Origin: Collinsella sp.
GTDB lineage: Bacteria > Actinomycetota > Coriobacteriia > Coriobacteriales > Coriobacteriaceae
DNA length: 54,814 nucleotides
NCBI GenBank assembly: GCA_052364855.1
Contig: DAWEIC010000001.1
Location: forward strand, 416 to 55,229
Direction of reading: 5' to 3'
In this document: positions 40,050 to 48,852 of the stretch, piece after piece
Position numbering within the stretch: position 1 is the stretch's first letter
Layout: each line of letters opens with the position of its first letter
Made by a program: the position numbers and the translations under genes
Notes under the pieces: model-generated
Databases searched by the model: none
What the model saw: the letters and a program-made list of their open reading frames with translations, nothing else
Told to the model about the DNA's origin: nothing

Positions 40050-40733
40050 ATGGAACTTTGGCACGGGTCGGAGGTTGTTGTCGAGCATCCGTCGTTGGAT
40101 AAATGCAGACAATTCAATGACTATGGGTGTGGGTTTTATTGCACGCCACATGAGGAAATGGCAATGGAGTGGGCATGTCGGACTGAGTCTGATGGCATTG
40201 CAAATCGATATGAGCTCGATATGGATGGTCTCGCAGTCTTGGATTTGGAGTCCGGGGAGTTTTCAATTCTCAATTGGCTTGCGATTTTGGCTAACAATAG
40301 GGAGTTCAATGTTTCGACACCGCTGGCGCGCGAAGGACTTCGCTATCTGCTGGATAACTGCCTGATTGATATTTCTCCCTATGACGTAATTCGAGGTTAT
40401 CGCGCCGACGACTCCTATTTTTCGTTTGCAAGACAGTTTGTCAGCGGCATGATCTCGCTCAGGCAGCTGCAACGTATCATGCGCTTGGGTGATTTGGGTA
40501 TCCAATATGCTCTTATGAGCGAGTGCGCATTTTCGGCGATTAGATTCTGCGATTGGAAGCAGGCTTTGGGGTCTGAGTTTTATCCCAAGCGTTTTGAGCG
40601 AGAGCAGAATGCTCGACGCAAATACATGGATACGGTTAACGGGTTCGATTCCGAAGGTATCGACATTAGGGATTTAATGGCAGGGAGGGTTGATTTAAAT
40701 GATCCAAGAGTTAACGGATTGTGGGCCGAGTAG
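40050..40733 (+). CDS. DUF3990-family protein
   Basis: LWHGS...NDYGCGFYCT...AMEWA, YDVIRGYRADD pattern; GGAGG RBS. Confidence 0.78.
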   Translation: MELWHGSEVVVEHPSLDKCRQFNDYGCGFYCTPHEEMAMEWACRTESDGIANRYELDMDGLAVLDLESGEFSILNWLAILANNREFNVSTPLAREGLRYLLDNCLIDISPYDVIRGYRADDSYFSFARQFVSGMISLRQLQRIMRLGDLGIQYALMSECAFSAIRFCDWKQALGSEFYPKRFEREQNARRKYMDTVNGFDSEGIDIRDLMAGRVDLNDPRVNGLWAE

Positions 40734-41397
40734 GACATATCCCGTCTACTACCTTGAGGATGCAATGAACAACCTTGGCGACTGCTTTGACTATGCCGTG
40801 AACGACTATGGAGCGGAAGGGTCCGAGGTCGCTGAGCTCTTTTGCCTGAGCGGTGTAGCTCGCGAGTTCGAACGCGGCAACGCATGGGTCGTATCGGGAA
40901 AATCAGGTGTAGAGCTGTTCGCACTTATCGCCGAAAGGTCGGGATATCAAAGCGGGTCTATACCGGACCGCACCTATCGTTTTGAGAAGACGCCGGAGTA
41001 TTGGACAGGCTGGATATTGGCATATCTGCAATGGCGTCTGGGCGAGTCTTTCGAAGACCTGCTGCATGTCGTTCCGTTCGATGCGCTGTGCAATATGTAT
41101 TACCCCTGGCACGAAGCCTCAGAGGAGCGTGTGGCGCGTCTTGTTTGCGATATAGCGAAGAAAACACCTCGTCAAACCAAACTCGCGCTAGCAAGGAAGA
41201 GGCTTAAGAAAACCCAGCAAGACCTGGCATACGAATCGGGCGTATCACTCCGCTCAATCCAAATGTACGAACAGCGCCAACGAAACATCAACGAAGCCTC
41301 GGTAACAACCGTAAGAGCCATAGCAAAAGCCCTCCACTGCAACATCGAAGATCTCCTAGAGCCAGTCTTCGAATACAAAGAAACAAACGCAGCGTAA
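40699..41397 (+). CDS. Protein with C-terminal XRE/Cro-CI helix-turn-helix
   Basis: ARKRLKKTQQDLAYESGVSLRSIQMYEQ...IAKALHCNIEDLLE; overlaps the DUF3990 stop. Confidence 0.85.
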   Translation: MIQELTDCGPSRTYPVYYLEDAMNNLGDCFDYAVNDYGAEGSEVAELFCLSGVAREFERGNAWVVSGKSGVELFALIAERSGYQSGSIPDRTYRFEKTPEYWTGWILAYLQWRLGESFEDLLHVVPFDALCNMYYPWHEASEERVARLVCDIAKKTPRQTKLALARKRLKKTQQDLAYESGVSLRSIQMYEQRQRNINEASVTTVRAIAKALHCNIEDLLEPVFEYKETNAA

Positions 41398-41535
41398 ACC
41401 ATGCACACAGCCGGTGCCCGCCTCTAGGAAGTGCTCCAGCCTAGCAAGAGCCCCTACCAATAAAAAGCCAGATTATCAGCCCGGCGACTTTCCAGAGCGT
41501 AGGCCCCTGTAGTCGCCGCCGGCGAAGTTAACGTA

Positions 41536-41660
41536 GGGGAGGCCAGGGGCTTTGCCCCCAAATCTTTCCGCAGGACGGTAGGACCCCCGCCGCACGAAGT
41601 GCGCAGCGGGGGTCCTACCATGTCCGAGGACGATTTGGGGGCAAAGCCCCTGGCCTCACC
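41536..41660 (-). repeat. Long nested hairpin, family X copy 3 (3' of thrB, minus orientation)
   Basis: Reverse complement reads CGTCCTCGGACAT-GGTAGGACCCC-CGCTGCGCACTTCGTGCGGCG-GGGGTCCTACC-GTCCTGCGGAAAG within 28-bp outer arms. Confidence 0.85.
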
Positions 41661-41681
41661 GGCGAGTATACAGGACGGCGA

Positions 41682-42563
41682 CTACAGGTATTCGATCTGG
41701 GCGCCTTCCGTGTCGCACGTCAGAATATGCGTGTCACACTTGGGGAACTGTTCACGCAGCTTGACCTGTAGGAACTTTGCCACGATGGTGTCGTCGGTCA
41801 CAGCCATAAGGGTCGAGCCCGATCCGCTGATCCAGATGGTCTTGGCGCCGCCGTTAAGGCAGGTGTCGCGCACGGCGTTGTAGTCGGGAATCAGACGACG
41901 ACGATAGGGTTCCTGGATGCGGTCGTCATTGGCGGCGGCAATCAGGTCGAGGTTGCCGGACTCAAGACCGCGCGTCATGCCGGCGATGCGGCCCATCTGC
42001 CATACGGCGGTGGAGAGCGGAACCTCCTGCGGCACGACCTTGCGCGCCTCGCTCGTATGCACCTCGTAGGGAGGAATCACGGTAATAAAACGCAGGCGAT
42101 CGCTCACCTCGTAGCGCAGGCACTGGGGGAGCGAATCGGTCGGCGTAAAGGAGCAGACGGCGCCGCCCAGGATAGCGGGGGCGACGTTATCGGGATGGCC
42201 CTCGACCTCGGTGGCAATGCGGACGAGCTCGGCACGGTCGACGGTGTGGCCTGTCAGCGCGGCGGCGGCCATAATGCCGGCGACGACACAGGTGGAGCTG
42301 GAGCCCAGGCCGCGGGCGACGGGAACGTCAGTCTGAATGTCGATGGCGACGGGGAAGGCCGGCTCGCCCCATGCGGCCAGTGCATCGACAAAGCTAACGT
42401 AGACCAGGTTGTTCTCGTTTTGGAATTCCTCGGGGCAGCCCGTGATGGTGAGCTTGTCGGCGCGCTCAAAGGTAAAGTGCGAGTAGAGGCTGACGGCCAT
42501 GCCGAGGGTATCGTAGCCGATGCCTAGGTTGGCGCTGGTTGCTGGGACGGTGATCTTGATCAT
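41682..42563 (-). CDS. thrB: Homoserine kinase
   Basis: VPATSANLG, PVARGLGSSS, EGHPDN, SGSGST. Confidence 0.95.
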   Translation of the reverse strand: MIKITVPATSANLGIGYDTLGMAVSLYSHFTFERADKLTITGCPEEFQNENNLVYVSFVDALAAWGEPAFPVAIDIQTDVPVARGLGSSSTCVVAGIMAAAALTGHTVDRAELVRIATEVEGHPDNVAPAILGGAVCSFTPTDSLPQCLRYEVSDRLRFITVIPPYEVHTSEARKVVPQEVPLSTAVWQMGRIAGMTRGLESGNLDLIAAANDDRIQEPYRRRLIPDYNAVRDTCLNGGAKTIWISGSGSTLMAVTDDTIVAKFLQVKLREQFPKCDTHILTCDTEGAQIEYL

Positions 42564-42578
42564 GGGAATCTCCTGGGC

Positions 42579-42684
42579 GGTCTGGCCGTTTAGTTCGCTG
42601 CTCGGGCAGTCCTGGCTCGCTCGGAAAGCACATTAAGTGCTTTCCGGCTCGTGCGGAACTCGCGACGAACTAAACGGCCAGACC
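42579..42684. repeat. Nested hairpin (second family) between thrC and thrB
   Basis: 19-bp perfect arms GGTCTGGCCGTTTAGTTCG/CGAACTAAACGGCCAGACC; inner CGGAAAGCAC/GTGCTTTCCG stem. Confidence 0.75.
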
Positions 42685-42762
42685 CGATCGCATGCTCGTC
42701 ATCATCCCGAAAGCTAAATAAAAAGAAGGTGCGCCGGCTTTCGCCGGCGCCTTATAAGGGGT

Positions 42763-44280
42763 TTAGTTGGTTGCTATCTTTTTTGCAGCCTGCTCTACGT
42801 AGCTGGCCATGTCGGCTACGTCGCAGACGTCTTCGAAGCGGACGGGCTTGGACTCGAGCTCGGCGAGCTGGACCGGGGCAACCGTGTTGGTTGCCTGCTC
42901 GAGCACGCGCATAGCCTCAAAGTCGTCCTCGGGAACGTCGAGCCCCAGGGCGTCGCAGCAGGCGCGCGGGAACTTGTAGGGGCTGGCGGTCGAAAGCAGC
43001 ACGCGAGCCTTGGCGCCCTCGGTGGGAGCGACCTGCTCAAAGACGTGATAGCCGCAGGCGGTGTGCGGGTCGATCACGTAGCCGTTCGCGTCCCAGCAGC
43101 TCTTGATGGCAGTGCGTACCTCGTCCTCGCTGGCCCAACCGCAGCCAAAGACGCTCTGAATCTTTGCCAGCAGGTCGGCGGGAACTTCGTAGCGACCAGT
43201 CCGCGCCAGCTGCTCCATAAGGCCGGCAACGAGCTCGCAGTCGCCGTCGGACAGGAAGTAGAGCATGCGCTCCAGGTTGGAGCTGATAAGGATGTCCATC
43301 GACGGCGAGATGGTTGTGAAGAACGGGCGGTTGCGGTCGTAGACGCCGGTGGTCAGGAAGTCGGCAAGCACGTTGTTCTTGTCGCTCGCCACGACGAGCT
43401 TGGCGACGGGCAGACCCATGCGCTTGGCATAGTAGCCGGCCAGGATATCGCCAAAGTTGCCGGTCGGTACGCAGAACTCCACGGCGTCGCCGGCCTCGAT
43501 GGCGCCGGCGCGCAGCAGCTGCGCATAGGCGGCAAAGTAGTAGACGACCTGCGGTACCAGACGGCCGACATTGATGGAGTTGGCGCTCGAAAGCACCGTG
43601 CCGGCGGCCTCCAGGCGCTCGGCAAGTTCCTTATCGGCAAAGATGCGCTTGACGGCGCTCTGGGCGTCGTCAAAGTTGCCGCGGATGCCGCAGACGGCGA
43701 CGTTATCGCCCTCCTGCGTGGACATCTGCAGGTTCTGGACGCGGCTGACCTTGCCCTCGGGATAAAAGACGGTGATGCCCGTGCCCGGGGCGTCGGCAAA
43801 GCCGGCGAGTGCTGCCTTGCCTGTGTCGCCCGACGTGGCGGTGACGATCATGATGCGCTCGGCGCCGCCGTCCTTGGCGGAAGTGCGGGCCATCAAGCGG
43901 GGGAGCATCTGCAGGGCGACGTCCTTGAAGGCGCTCGTGGGACCGCCAAAGAGCTCCATCACATAGGTCTGAGGGGCGTCAGCGCCCGGCGCAGCGTCGA
44001 GTTTGACGAGTGGCGTAACCTCTTCACTCGCGAACGTGCCGCGGTATGCCTCGTCGACACACGCCGAAATTTCTTCGGCCGTGTAATCATTCAGTAACAT
44101 TCCCAACACATCTTGAGCGATTTCAAAGTACGATTTATCTGCAAGCGAGCTGATATCGACCTGCTGGGTGCCGAGCTCGTCCGAGACAAACAAACCCCCG
44201 TCGGGAGCGATGCCGGTACGGATTGCCACCTTACTTGAGCACGATAAAGTGCGTCCTCGTGTACTATGATAAGTTCCCAT
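42763..44280 (-). CDS. thrC: Threonine synthase
   Basis: YHSTRG, GPTSAFKD (PLP lysine), ATSGDTG, ANSIN, PTGNFG. Confidence 0.95.
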   Translation of the reverse strand: MGTYHSTRGRTLSCSSKVAIRTGIAPDGGLFVSDELGTQQVDISSLADKSYFEIAQDVLGMLLNDYTAEEISACVDEAYRGTFASEEVTPLVKLDAAPGADAPQTYVMELFGGPTSAFKDVALQMLPRLMARTSAKDGGAERIMIVTATSGDTGKAALAGFADAPGTGITVFYPEGKVSRVQNLQMSTQEGDNVAVCGIRGNFDDAQSAVKRIFADKELAERLEAAGTVLSSANSINVGRLVPQVVYYFAAYAQLLRAGAIEAGDAVEFCVPTGNFGDILAGYYAKRMGLPVAKLVVASDKNNVLADFLTTGVYDRNRPFFTTISPSMDILISSNLERMLYFLSDGDCELVAGLMEQLARTGRYEVPADLLAKIQSVFGCGWASEDEVRTAIKSCWDANGYVIDPHTACGYHVFEQVAPTEGAKARVLLSTASPYKFPRACCDALGLDVPEDDFEAMRVLEQATNTVAPVQLAELESKPVRFEDVCDVADMASYVEQAAKKIATN

Positions 44281-44384
44281 ATAACACTGCTCCTCGGATG
44301 CCTTGGTCCCAATCGGTGAAACCATGGTATCAGAGCGCGCAAAATAGGTTCGCAGAGGCTTTTTAGAAAGGTAACCTCCAGCCC

Positions 44385-45773
44385 ATGATTAAGATTGCCA
44401 AGTTTGGCGGCTCGTCGGTCGCCGACGCCGAACACTTCAAAAAGATCAAGGCCATCGTCGACGCCGACCCTGCCCGCCGTTTTGTGGTGGTTTCCGCCTG
44501 CGGCCGCCGCTTTAAGGGCGACACCAAGGTGACCGACCTGCTCTATCTGGTCAATGCGCACGTTAAGTACCACGTGTCGTGTGAGGAGCTGCTCGAGGAC
44601 ATCGGCCAGCGCTATTTTGATATCGCTGATGAGTTGGAGCTCACCTATCCCATCCGTGAGGAGTTCGCGGCCTTTGCCGAGCGCGCCCGCTCGGGCGGCT
44701 ACTCCACCGAGGAGCTTGTGAGCCGTGGCGAGTACTTTACCGCTCGCCTGATGGCTGAGTACCTGGGCCTACCGTTCCTGGACGCCGCGACGGTTGTGGC
44801 GTTCCATCACGACGGTACGCTCAGCATGAATCGCACCTCCGAGCTGGTGCAGGAGTATGGCCAGCAGGGCGGCTTCGTTATGCCTGGCTTCTACGGCGCG
44901 ACGCGCGAGGGCCAGATCAAGCTGCTCGATCGTGGCGGCGGCGATATCTCGGGCTCGATTTTGACTAAGTGCCTGGGCGCCGACCTATACGAGAACTGGA
45001 CCGACGTCTCGGGTTTCTATTCTGCGGATCCGCGTATTGTTCCGGAGGCTCAGCCCATTGCGCGCGTTACCTACGAGGAACTGCGCGAGCTTTCGTACAT
45101 GGGCGCAAGCGTCCTGCACGAGGAAGCCGTGTTTCCCGTGCGCGAGGCAGGCATTCCGCTGGTCATCAAGAACACCAATGCGCCGCAGGACCCCGGCACC
45201 ATCATTAGCGAGACGGCTGATGAAGGCGAGGCGGAGCCCATCATTACCGGCGTGACCGGCAAGCGCGGTTTTGTCGCCATCAACGTCGCCCGCGACCGCA
45301 CCAAGCCCCGCGTCGGCTTTATGCGCCGTGCGCTTTCGGTGTTCGAGCGCTATGACGTTTCCGTCGAGCACATGCCCACCGGTGTCGACCGCTTTGGCGC
45401 CGTGGTGCAGGAGCAGGATGTGCACGATTCACTGTACTCACTCGTGGGCGACATCCAGCAGGAGGTCGAACCGCTCGAGATCGAGGTTGTCGAGGGCTTG
45501 GCGCTCATCGCTACCGTCGGCCGCAACCTGCGCGGTCGTGCAGGTATCTCGGGCCATCTGTTTGGCATGCTCGGCCAGGCCGGCGTGAGCGTGCGTATGA
45601 TTTCGCAGAGCTGTGACGAGATCAACATCATTATCGGTGTCGAGGAGAAGGACTTCGACCTAGCGATTCGGACCATTTACCGTGCCTTCTCCGATGAGAA
45701 CGGCATTGTGAAGGTCTCCGACCTGGAGGCTCCCGCGCCGGTCGATCCCGCTCTGGCCGCGCTCAAAAAGTAG
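44385..45773 (+). CDS. lysC: Aspartate kinase
   Basis: KFGGSS, RGGGD, WTDVSG, DPR, C-terminal ACT domains. Confidence 0.93.
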   Translation: MIKIAKFGGSSVADAEHFKKIKAIVDADPARRFVVVSACGRRFKGDTKVTDLLYLVNAHVKYHVSCEELLEDIGQRYFDIADELELTYPIREEFAAFAERARSGGYSTEELVSRGEYFTARLMAEYLGLPFLDAATVVAFHHDGTLSMNRTSELVQEYGQQGGFVMPGFYGATREGQIKLLDRGGGDISGSILTKCLGADLYENWTDVSGFYSADPRIVPEAQPIARVTYEELRELSYMGASVLHEEAVFPVREAGIPLVIKNTNAPQDPGTIISETADEGEAEPIITGVTGKRGFVAINVARDRTKPRVGFMRRALSVFERYDVSVEHMPTGVDRFGAVVQEQDVHDSLYSLVGDIQQEVEPLEIEVVEGLALIATVGRNLRGRAGISGHLFGMLGQAGVSVRMISQSCDEINIIIGVEEKDFDLAIRTIYRAFSDENGIVKVSDLEAPAPVDPALAALKK

Positions 45774-45946
45774 CGACTGCTCGGTAGATTTTTGGGTCAT
45801 GTCTCAAAAATCTACGGCGGGGCGTTTCGTTTCGGTTTCGTTTCGACGGGGCGGGTTTCATGCCCGCCCTGTTCTTGTATAAACTGGCAACAATAATCGG
45901 CCTGCTCGGCGTGCGGGCAAAAGCCACAACCTTTAAAGGGGGAAGC

Positions 45947-46972
45947 ATGAAACAGTACACGGTTGCTATTTTGGGCGCGACGGGAGCCGTGGGCACCCAG
46001 ATGCTCGAGTGCCTCAACGAGCAGGAGTTCCCGGTCGGCAAGCTCAAGCTGTTGGCAAGCGCACGCTCCGCGGGCAAGACCGTCGAGTTCCGCGGCGAGC
46101 AAATCGTGATCGAAGAGGCTTGCCCCGAGGCCTTTGAGGGCTGTGACATTGTGCTTGGCGCTGCCAGCGACGATATCGCCAAGGAATTGCTGCCCGAGGC
46201 CGTAAAGCGCGGCGCCGTCGTGGTCGACAACAGCCATGCCTTCCGCATGGATCCCGAGGTGCCGCTGGTCGTGCCCGAGATCAATGCCGACGACATCAAG
46301 TGGCATCACGGCCTTATCGCCAACCCCAACTGCGCGACCATCATCGGCCTGGTTCCCACGTGGCCGCTGCATCAGCTTGCCGGCGTGAAGCGCATGATCG
46401 TCTCGACGTATCAGGCGGCTTCTGGTGCCGGTGCTCCCGGTATGGCCGAGCTCGAAGCGCAGCTTGCTGCCCTGGGCCGTGGCGAGGAGATTCCCGAGCC
46501 GCGCGCATTTGCCGCCCAGCTGGCGAGCAACCTGATTCCGCAGATTGGCGGCGTCAAGGAGGAGGGCTTTACCTCTGAGGAGATGAAGCTACAAAACGAG
46601 GGCCGTAAGATCATGCACCTGCCCGAGCTGCGCGTGAACTGCACCTGCGTGCGCGTGCCTGTGCTGCGCTCGCACTCCGAGAGCATTACGCTCGAGTTCG
46701 AGCGTGACATTACGGTTGACGAGGCCCGTGTTGCGCTGGCTGCCGCTCCGGGCGTGAAGCTGGTTGACGACATGAGCGCCGAGGATGCGCACGACCGCTT
46801 CCCCATGCCGATGGATACGTCCGATCAGGACCTGATTTGGGTCGGTCGCGTGCGCCGCGACATCTCGAACCCGGAGGCCGCGCGTGGCATTACCTTCTGG
46901 TGCTGCGGTGACCAAATCCGTAAGGGCGCGGCAACCAACGCCGTCCAGATCGCTAAGCTGCTCTGCGAGTAG
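45947..46972 (+). CDS. asd: Aspartate-semialdehyde dehydrogenase
   Basis: GATGAVG, NPNC, SGAG, CVRVPV, RKGAA. Confidence 0.95.
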   Translation: MKQYTVAILGATGAVGTQMLECLNEQEFPVGKLKLLASARSAGKTVEFRGEQIVIEEACPEAFEGCDIVLGAASDDIAKELLPEAVKRGAVVVDNSHAFRMDPEVPLVVPEINADDIKWHHGLIANPNCATIIGLVPTWPLHQLAGVKRMIVSTYQAASGAGAPGMAELEAQLAALGRGEEIPEPRAFAAQLASNLIPQIGGVKEEGFTSEEMKLQNEGRKIMHLPELRVNCTCVRVPVLRSHSESITLEFERDITVDEARVALAAAPGVKLVDDMSAEDAHDRFPMPMDTSDQDLIWVGRVRRDISNPEAARGITFWCCGDQIRKGAATNAVQIAKLLCE

Positions 46973-46984
46973 TGTGACCTGTCC

Positions 46985-47114
46985 GGCGGGGGCCGGGCTC
47001 AGTTTTCAGAACGTCCTCGACCATGTGTGGCGCCTTGTCCTGCTCCTTCGGAGCCGCGGACAAGGCGCCACACTGGTCTGCGGAGTGTTCTGAAAACTGA
47101 GCCCGGCCCCCGCC
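46985..47114 (+). repeat. Long nested hairpin, family X copy 4 (divergent; 3' of asd)
   Basis: 27-bp outer arms, CGTCCTCGACCAT/TGGTCTGCGGAGTG loops, 16-bp inner stem, apical GCTCC-TTC-GGAGC. Confidence 0.78.
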
Positions 47115-47322
47115 TGCGGTGACGCTGCTGCAAGCGGCCTGCGATGGGGTCGTTGTTGGTTGAGGCCGCTGGGCTGATGTGGGGGCGCGTGGCTGTTGCG
47201 GGCCCTGGTCCCGGCGGCGGCCTCGGCGCTGCGCGCCTGCTGCCTTGGGTGACTTTGGGGTCGATTGGGGTTGTCTGCACAATTCGCGGTATTATGTTGC
47301 GGAGTTTTGAAAGGAGCCGCTG

Positions 47323-47901
47323 GTGGTCACGACGACGTTTGCTTCGCCTTTGGGCGAAATCTTGCTTGCCGCTGATGGCCGCGGTCTGACGGGGCTTTGG
47401 TTTGAGGGACAGGAGCATTTTGGCTCCACGCTTCTCAAAGAAGATCCTGAACATGTTGAAGGCGCCGATGCAGTTTCTGGTGCTGGCGGCATGTCGTCGG
47501 TGAGTCCTGCAAATGGTGCGGCTTCTTCGGTGCTTGAGCGTTCGTGGGCTTGGCTGAATGCTTATTTTGCAGGGCAGGAACCTCGGTTTACGCCGCCGTT
47601 GCATTTGATTGGCACGGCGTTTCAGCGTGAAGTTTGGTACGAGCTGCTTTCTATTCCGCGTGGCGAGGTCGCTACGTATGGCGAGATCGCCCAGCGTGTT
47701 GCGGCTCGACATCGTGTGCCGGGAAATGAGACACCCGTTGTGTCTCCCCGTGCCGTGGGGGCCGCGGTCGCTCGCAACCCTGTTTCGATTATTGTGCCAT
47801 GCCATCGCGTGGTGGCGGCCGACGGCTCGCTTAACGGATATGCCGGCGGGCTTGATCGCAAGGAGTGGCTGCTTCGGCTTGAGGGCGCGTACGAGGAGTA
47901 A
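47323..47901 (+). CDS. ogt: Methylated-DNA--protein-cysteine S-methyltransferase
   Basis: SPLG, GTAFQREVW, RAVG, PCHRV active site. Confidence 0.93.
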   Translation: MVTTTFASPLGEILLAADGRGLTGLWFEGQEHFGSTLLKEDPEHVEGADAVSGAGGMSSVSPANGAASSVLERSWAWLNAYFAGQEPRFTPPLHLIGTAFQREVWYELLSIPRGEVATYGEIAQRVAARHRVPGNETPVVSPRAVGAAVARNPVSIIVPCHRVVAADGSLNGYAGGLDRKEWLLRLEGAYEE

Positions 47902-47940
47902 CACTCGAGCGCTTTGCATAGCCAAGATGCCGTGAAAGAA

Positions 47941-48080
47941 CGGGACATGCTTTCCGAATGGAGGCTCAGACGGAAACTACGTCCCGGAATTCCGTTTTAA
48001 AGCGGGATGCGCTTTCCGAATGGCGTTCCAAGCGGAAACCGTGTCCCGGAATACAGCCTCAGAGTGGGACACCGTTTCCG
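47941..48080. repeat. Array of five alternating inverted 16-bp repeats (CGGGACANNNTTTCCG-like)
   Basis: Forward copies near 47941, 48004 and 48065; reverse copies near 47970 and 48033. Confidence 0.75.
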
Positions 48081-48107
48081 GCTGAGACCACCTGCCTGGA
48101 CATCGAT

Positions 48108-48310
48108 CTACGCCCGCTCCTGCAGGGCGTAGATGGACTTATCCATGTTGAACAGGTAAGCCACAACGCAGACAATAATGAACATCGGCAAGTTACCAAA
48201 GCCGAAGACTTCGCAGCCAATAAGGATGGGTGCGAGCAGCGTATTGGTGGCGCTGCCAAAGACGGCTGCGTAGCCCAGTGCGGCGCAGAGCTCGACGGGC
48301 ATGCCGAGTT
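48108..48310 (-). pseudogene. C-terminal remnant of a ClC/EriC chloride channel gene
   Basis: AALGYAAVFGSATNTLLAPILIGCEVFG...SIY matches the ClC C-terminal helices; no upstream portion is present. Confidence 0.75.
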
Positions 48311-48682
48311 GAGCCTCGTTATGGCGACATCTGGGTAACAGAAAGGCCCGCGTTCCTCAGAGGCAAGATAGGCAATTCTGCTTCTGAGGTAGATCTCAAT
48401 TCTGCCGACCGCACTGCCGACCGCATCAAACATTAACTGCCGGAGGGCTCGGTCAAATTCATACGTGTAGATGATGGTTTCGAATGTTGTGCCTTCGCGA
48501 AAGATGGTAATCCCGGACTTGCATTTGGTTTTGTAGGGAAACCAGTAGGCCGACAGTCTGTAGTGGTTGGCTTCGACCAAAGCTCGCTCGAGTTCGCTTT
48601 GATCAGAGCACTTAAGACCCTTGTTTTCTGTCAATAGTGCTATTTGTTCGTTGATGGATATCCGCGACTTCTGGTATTTCAT
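48311..48682 (-). pseudogene. 3'-truncated Abi-family (AbiD/AbiF, Abi_2) gene
   Basis: EQIALL...HYRLSAYW...GTTFE...YEFDRALR...IEIYLRS N-terminus; after about 124 codons it reads out of frame into the ClC remnant; 12-bp tandem duplication at 48402-48425. Confidence 0.78.
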
Positions 48683-48697
48683 TAAGCCTCTTGATAG

Positions 48698-48741
48698 AAA
48701 AAGAGCTGGAGTTGCGCATCGTTGAGAGGCTTTCCAGCTTT
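48698..48741 (-). ncRNA. Putative abiF-type RNA hairpin upstream of the Abi gene
   Basis: AGCTGGA/TCCAGCT stem enclosing AAGCCTCTCAACGATGCGCAAC, then a U-tract; promoter-like TTGACG (48779-48774), 17 bp, TAAGTT upstream. Confidence 0.55.
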
Positions 48742-48852
48742 AGCAAAACAAACTTATAAGATGCGACGGGCCGCGTCAAGATAATTACCGGACGGCCTAG
48801 GAGGCGGCTGGTTGGCTGGCTTAAAACCCAGCGCGTGAAATGACGCTCCACG

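Noticed and set aside
44281..44384. Thr/Lys leader peptide or riboswitch for thrC or lysC
   Set aside because: The divergent spacer is only about 100 bp; no Thr-rich uORF, T-box or terminator is visible.
45822..45852. Short GTTTC tandem repeat between lysC and asd
   Set aside because: Only about four low-complexity units with no further structure supporting a function.
47941..48080. Possible CRISPR array (also considered for 5501-5640 and 4234-4305)
   Set aside because: Units alternate in orientation or are too short and degenerate, spacers are not CRISPR-like, and no cas genes are present.
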